From Malacoraja senta (lineage: Eukaryota), in the NCBI GenBank assembly GCA_038087875.1, contig CM075982.1:60512001-60576000 (forward strand): DNA of 64,000 nt, read 5' to 3'. The stretch's first letter is position 1. Every line of letters starts with the position of its first letter. Shown piece after piece: positions 60,579 through 64,000 of this stretch. Below the pieces are notes generated by a model. It was not told the DNA's origin. It saw nothing but the letters and a program-made list of their open reading frames with translations, and made no database searches. Both the position numbers and the translations under genes were made by a program.

Positions 60579-61294
60579 ATTTTCTTGGTTTGGAATAGTG
60601 AATATTCTATCAAATGACACCCATATATATACATGATCTTTTTAAATAAAACCATATGTAGTTTTTGAGTAAACGTATTAACATTTTCAACAATTTTTGA
60701 ACTAAGAAAATACTTTTAATTTGAATTATGTCCTAGCCATTTGTAGAATATTAAAAGAATAAATATTTGCCATGTGGTTTTGCATTTTGTCGTAGGCTGT
60801 GTTGAAATAAAAGGTAATGCATTTATTGTGCCTAACATCCTAACCGTATTAATATTTTCAAACCTCCTGTATGATAAGGAGCCTAGAAATTGAACAGCAT
60901 AGCAATTGCTTTTTGGGCGCTAGCCATGCAAAACCTGACTTCAAGCAGAATAGTACACTTGGAACATTTTCTTAACCAAGAAAATGTTTTAATTATTAAC
61001 AGTTACTTTGCATCAATTATGTGATTGGTACTTATTAAAACTTCTTAAACATAAATGAAAGGAGTACTCTGTGATCTATCTCATATCTTTCAGTAAATCT
61101 CAGTATCTCTCAGTAAATAGCATCTGTAAGATCAATGACGTAGAGCTCGATGTTATGATCATCATAGGAGTGCACGTATGATCGCCCTCCTGGCACCTAT
61201 CTTATTTAAAATAACTTGTATGTCTCTGTGAATTAGAGTGGGAGCTGTCTCCATCACCCCAGTTGCCACTTTCTCCCCCTTGGTTCGGACAATC

Positions 61295-61985
61295 ACAATG
61301 AATGGCAGGGTCTTGGGGAACAAAGAGACCTTGGTGTAGTAGTCCCAAGATCCCTGAAGATGGCAGCAGGAGTAGATAGGATGGTGCAGAAGGCATATGA
61401 GATGCTTATCATCATTGGTTAAGGCATGGAGAATAAGAACAACATGCACCTTATAAAACATAGATTTAAGCCACAGTTGGAATATTGTTTGCACTGCTGG
61501 CCACTAAACTCTGGGAAGGACATACTTGCAGTGGAGAGGATGTTGACGAGGTTCGCCAAGATGTTACCTAGGGTGGAATGTTTCAATCATAAGGAGAGAC
61601 TAAAAAGACTGGGTTTGTTTTTCTTGAGGGAGAGTGGTAAAGGTGTAAATAAAAACATTATGAGTGTCATGGATTGAGCAGAGAGGGAGAAACCTGTCCA
61701 CATGGCAGAGTCATCTACATATAGAGAGAAGATAAGTTTAAGGATAGGAGTAAGAGGCTGAGGGGGGATCAAAGGAAGAGTTTTTATTTAATTCAAGGGT
61801 GGGTTGTCATCTGGAATGCACTGCCTGGGAAGTTGGTGGAGAAGGTTAATCTCACAACATTTAAGTAGCCTGTGAATGAGCACTTGAACTGCCAAGCAAT
61901 ACTAGTCTAAGCATCAATTGCTGGTAAATGGGATTAGTATAGATATATGCCTGATGAATGAATGAAAGGCCTGATTCTGTGTGGT
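61295..61985 (+). mobile_element. Old CR1 3' part
   Basis: ORF 61426-61677 (KPQLEYCLHCWP...KDILAVER...ERLKRLGLF). Confidence 0.85.
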
Positions 61986-62271
61986 GCTGCTGTCGGCCTG
62001 CCATGGGAGTATGCCTTTAACGCAGATATACTTTGCTGATACTTTGCAAAGCAAGTGTCAGTAGCTGTTAAATTAAGCCTCGCGCTGTGGAGATGCATAC
62101 ATTTTACCTCAGATTTTAATTGTGAGTGTAACTTAATATTGTTTCACTTTGAATCTGGGTCAATTTGGTTTTCATGGAGGACCAATAATGACATTGGTGC
62201 TAAATGAAATGATGCAAAAAGAATAACTGCAATCCTGTTTCTGGGTGAAGGTAAAGATTCTGAATACAACT

Positions 62272-62556
62272 GGGGCGGCACAGTTGCGCAGTGGTAGAAT
62301 AGCTGCCGTATGACGCCAGAGACCCCGGTTCGATCCTGACTACGGATGCCATCTGTATGGAGTTTTTACGTTCTGATGACCTGCGTGAGTTTTCTCCTGG
62401 GACTCTGGTTTCCTCCCAAACTCCAAAGACATACAGGTTTGTAGGTTAATTGGCTGGGTTTAATTGTAAACTGTCCCTAGTGTTTGGAGGATAGTGTTAC
62501 TGTGCGGGGATCACTGTTTGGAGTGGACTTGGTGGGCCGAATGGCCTGTTTCTGCG
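62272..62556 (+). mobile_element. HE1-type V-SINE
   Basis: ggggcggcacagttgcgcagtggtag head, ggttcgatcc B box, V-domain and tail. Confidence 0.92.
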
Positions 62557-63156
62557 ATTTTTCTTTTGTGGAGTATCCATGCTAGAATAATGCTTTTGAG
62601 AATGTGTTTCTTTCTTGCCCTCCTCCCCACTTTAATGTTATGTGTTTGGTACAAGTCTTTCTGTGTTGTGTGGTTAATGGTTATTTTAGAGTGGAGATAA
62701 TATCCAATGTTTACCGGTTGTATGCCTTATTTCTAAGTTAAAAGATGGTGTAACACTTTTCTGAGAAATTTGGTAATTTGTTATACAAATTTGTTAGAAT
62801 ATCAACAAAATAAAAGCCCACTGATACTTCTTAATCAGTACTTTGCACTTATCTGAGTTAAATTCAATCTGCCATTCCTTAGTTCACTTTCCCAGTTGAT
62901 CAAGATCCTCTGGTAATCTTAAACAAACTCCTTCACTACCCACTATGTTAGAAACAACAGGTACCACTGAGAAATGTGGTTTCTCGTTATTTCCAGTGCT
63001 GAGCTGTACAGCTGAGAGATCATCCGCCAGCCCTTAAAGGCACAAGTGCACAATGTCAACGTCACTCTTCTGGCTACTTGACAATGAGAGCACTAGTGAT
63101 TCCTGAGGATAGGAACTTGGTTTCCCACTTTACTAAGAGGGTCATAGGGTATTTCA

Positions 63157-63256
63157 AGTCTGAAGAAAGGTTCCAACCCAAAAAGTCATCGATCCTTTTC
63201 CTCCAGAGATGTTGCCTGGCCCACTGAGGTACTCCAGCACTTTGTATCCATCTTTA
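63157..63256 (+). mobile_element. Decayed Penelope-derived short element
   Basis: agtctgaagaaaggttccaacccaaaaagtc...ctccagagatgttgcctgg...tactccagcactttgt. Confidence 0.75.
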
Positions 63257-63269
63257 GCTGGTCGGTGAC

Positions 63270-63960
63270 ATCTCTTATAAGAGGGATGTTCAGGGTGGCC
63301 ACTCCTGAGCCAATGCCAGTGCTACTGGTAAGGAGTTACCACAGGAGTCTTTGTAAGGTTGTAAGGACTGTAAGGACAGTCAATGCAAGTACCATTGGGG
63401 GAGCATGAGCTTGGCTGGTCTGTCTGTTCCCATGGGCTGATGGAGAAATCGTGAGTCGAATTTTGTGGGATACAAGCAGCAAAGTCCTCCCTAATATATT
63501 GGTGATCAGAAAAGTATGATCGATGGCAAAAGTGGGCTGAAAAGATTTTGAGGCTCAGAAGCTGTGAGTAAAAGTGACATTGAAAGCAGTGTTGGGGGGC
63601 TTGTAATTGAGGTTTTATAAGGTAATGGATGTGAAAGAGGATTTCAGTATGGAGCAGCTTGGAGTCCAAGAGCTTACGTAAGAGTACGCCTCTAAATATG
63701 GGATGATAAGCATTTGGCTGCTCTGCTCTTGCATTCCATCTGCAACTTGGTGTATGTATGTGTCCATTTCAGCTCTACAGCACTTTTTTTTTGCAGAGAT
63801 GAATTTCCAGGCCTCCAGCTTTGTACTACAGTGCCCATAATGTTTGGGACAAAGACCTATCATTTATTTATTTGCCTCTGTACTCTATAATTTGAGATTT
63901 TAAAAGGATATTGGGATGAGGATAGGTGATTGTGAGTGGGATATTTGTTATACTGATTGT
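63270..63960 (-). mobile_element. Old LINE (L2-like) remnant
   Basis: Purine-rich texture typical of antisense L2 only; no motif confirmed. Confidence 0.3.
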
Positions 63961-64000
63961 ATTGGGAAGGGTGATTATAGGGTGATAGGTTGTATATATG

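Larger units (their letters stand above)
16504..64000 (+). other. TSHZ2: TSHZ2 intron 1 (incomplete)
   Basis: GT donor at 16504; the large zinc-finger/homeodomain exon 2 ORF is absent from the rest of the window. Confidence 0.85.

Noticed and set aside
1-64000. CRISPR array, operon or prokaryotic system
   Set aside because: No regularly spaced repeat-spacer array; the sequence is vertebrate, intronic/intergenic and repeat-rich.
16504-64000. Remaining 60-145 aa ORFs as exons or nested genes
   Set aside because: They overlap repeats or have random composition; there is no zinc-finger or homeodomain content and no supportable splice structure.

Overview
AT-rich vertebrate genomic DNA, almost certainly from an elasmobranch (probably a skate or ray), judged from HE1-type V-SINEs, HER1/CR1 LINEs and Deu-domain SINEs. 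The only host gene I can support is the 5' end of a teashirt gene on the + strand: a CpG-rich promoter/5'UTR (~15840-16463) and a 40-nt coding exon 1 (16464-16503, MPRRKQQAPKRAA-G, the TSHZ2 signature). The following intron is still open at the window end (>47 kb). The rest is transposon debris plus repeat-free islands that look like conserved enhancers. The most notable structure is a family of about 15 short Penelope-derived insertions. They often have 9-21 bp target-site duplications (TSDs), are often folded into long palindromes, and carry a minimal hammerhead-ribozyme core (CUGAnGA-A-stem II-GAAA-CG-UH). A decayed GIY-YIG-containing Penelope element in the same window (~59280-59950) links them to that class. 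Hammerheads in Penelope elements are a known phenomenon; what may be new is this family and its junction pattern. Also present are three PIF/Harbinger-type MITEs with shared TIRs (one is a 155-bp-arm palindrome), a young CR1 with an open RT frame, and several fold-back or templated junctions. Repeat boundaries are approximate (about +/-20 bp) unless a TSD is given. No database searches were run.
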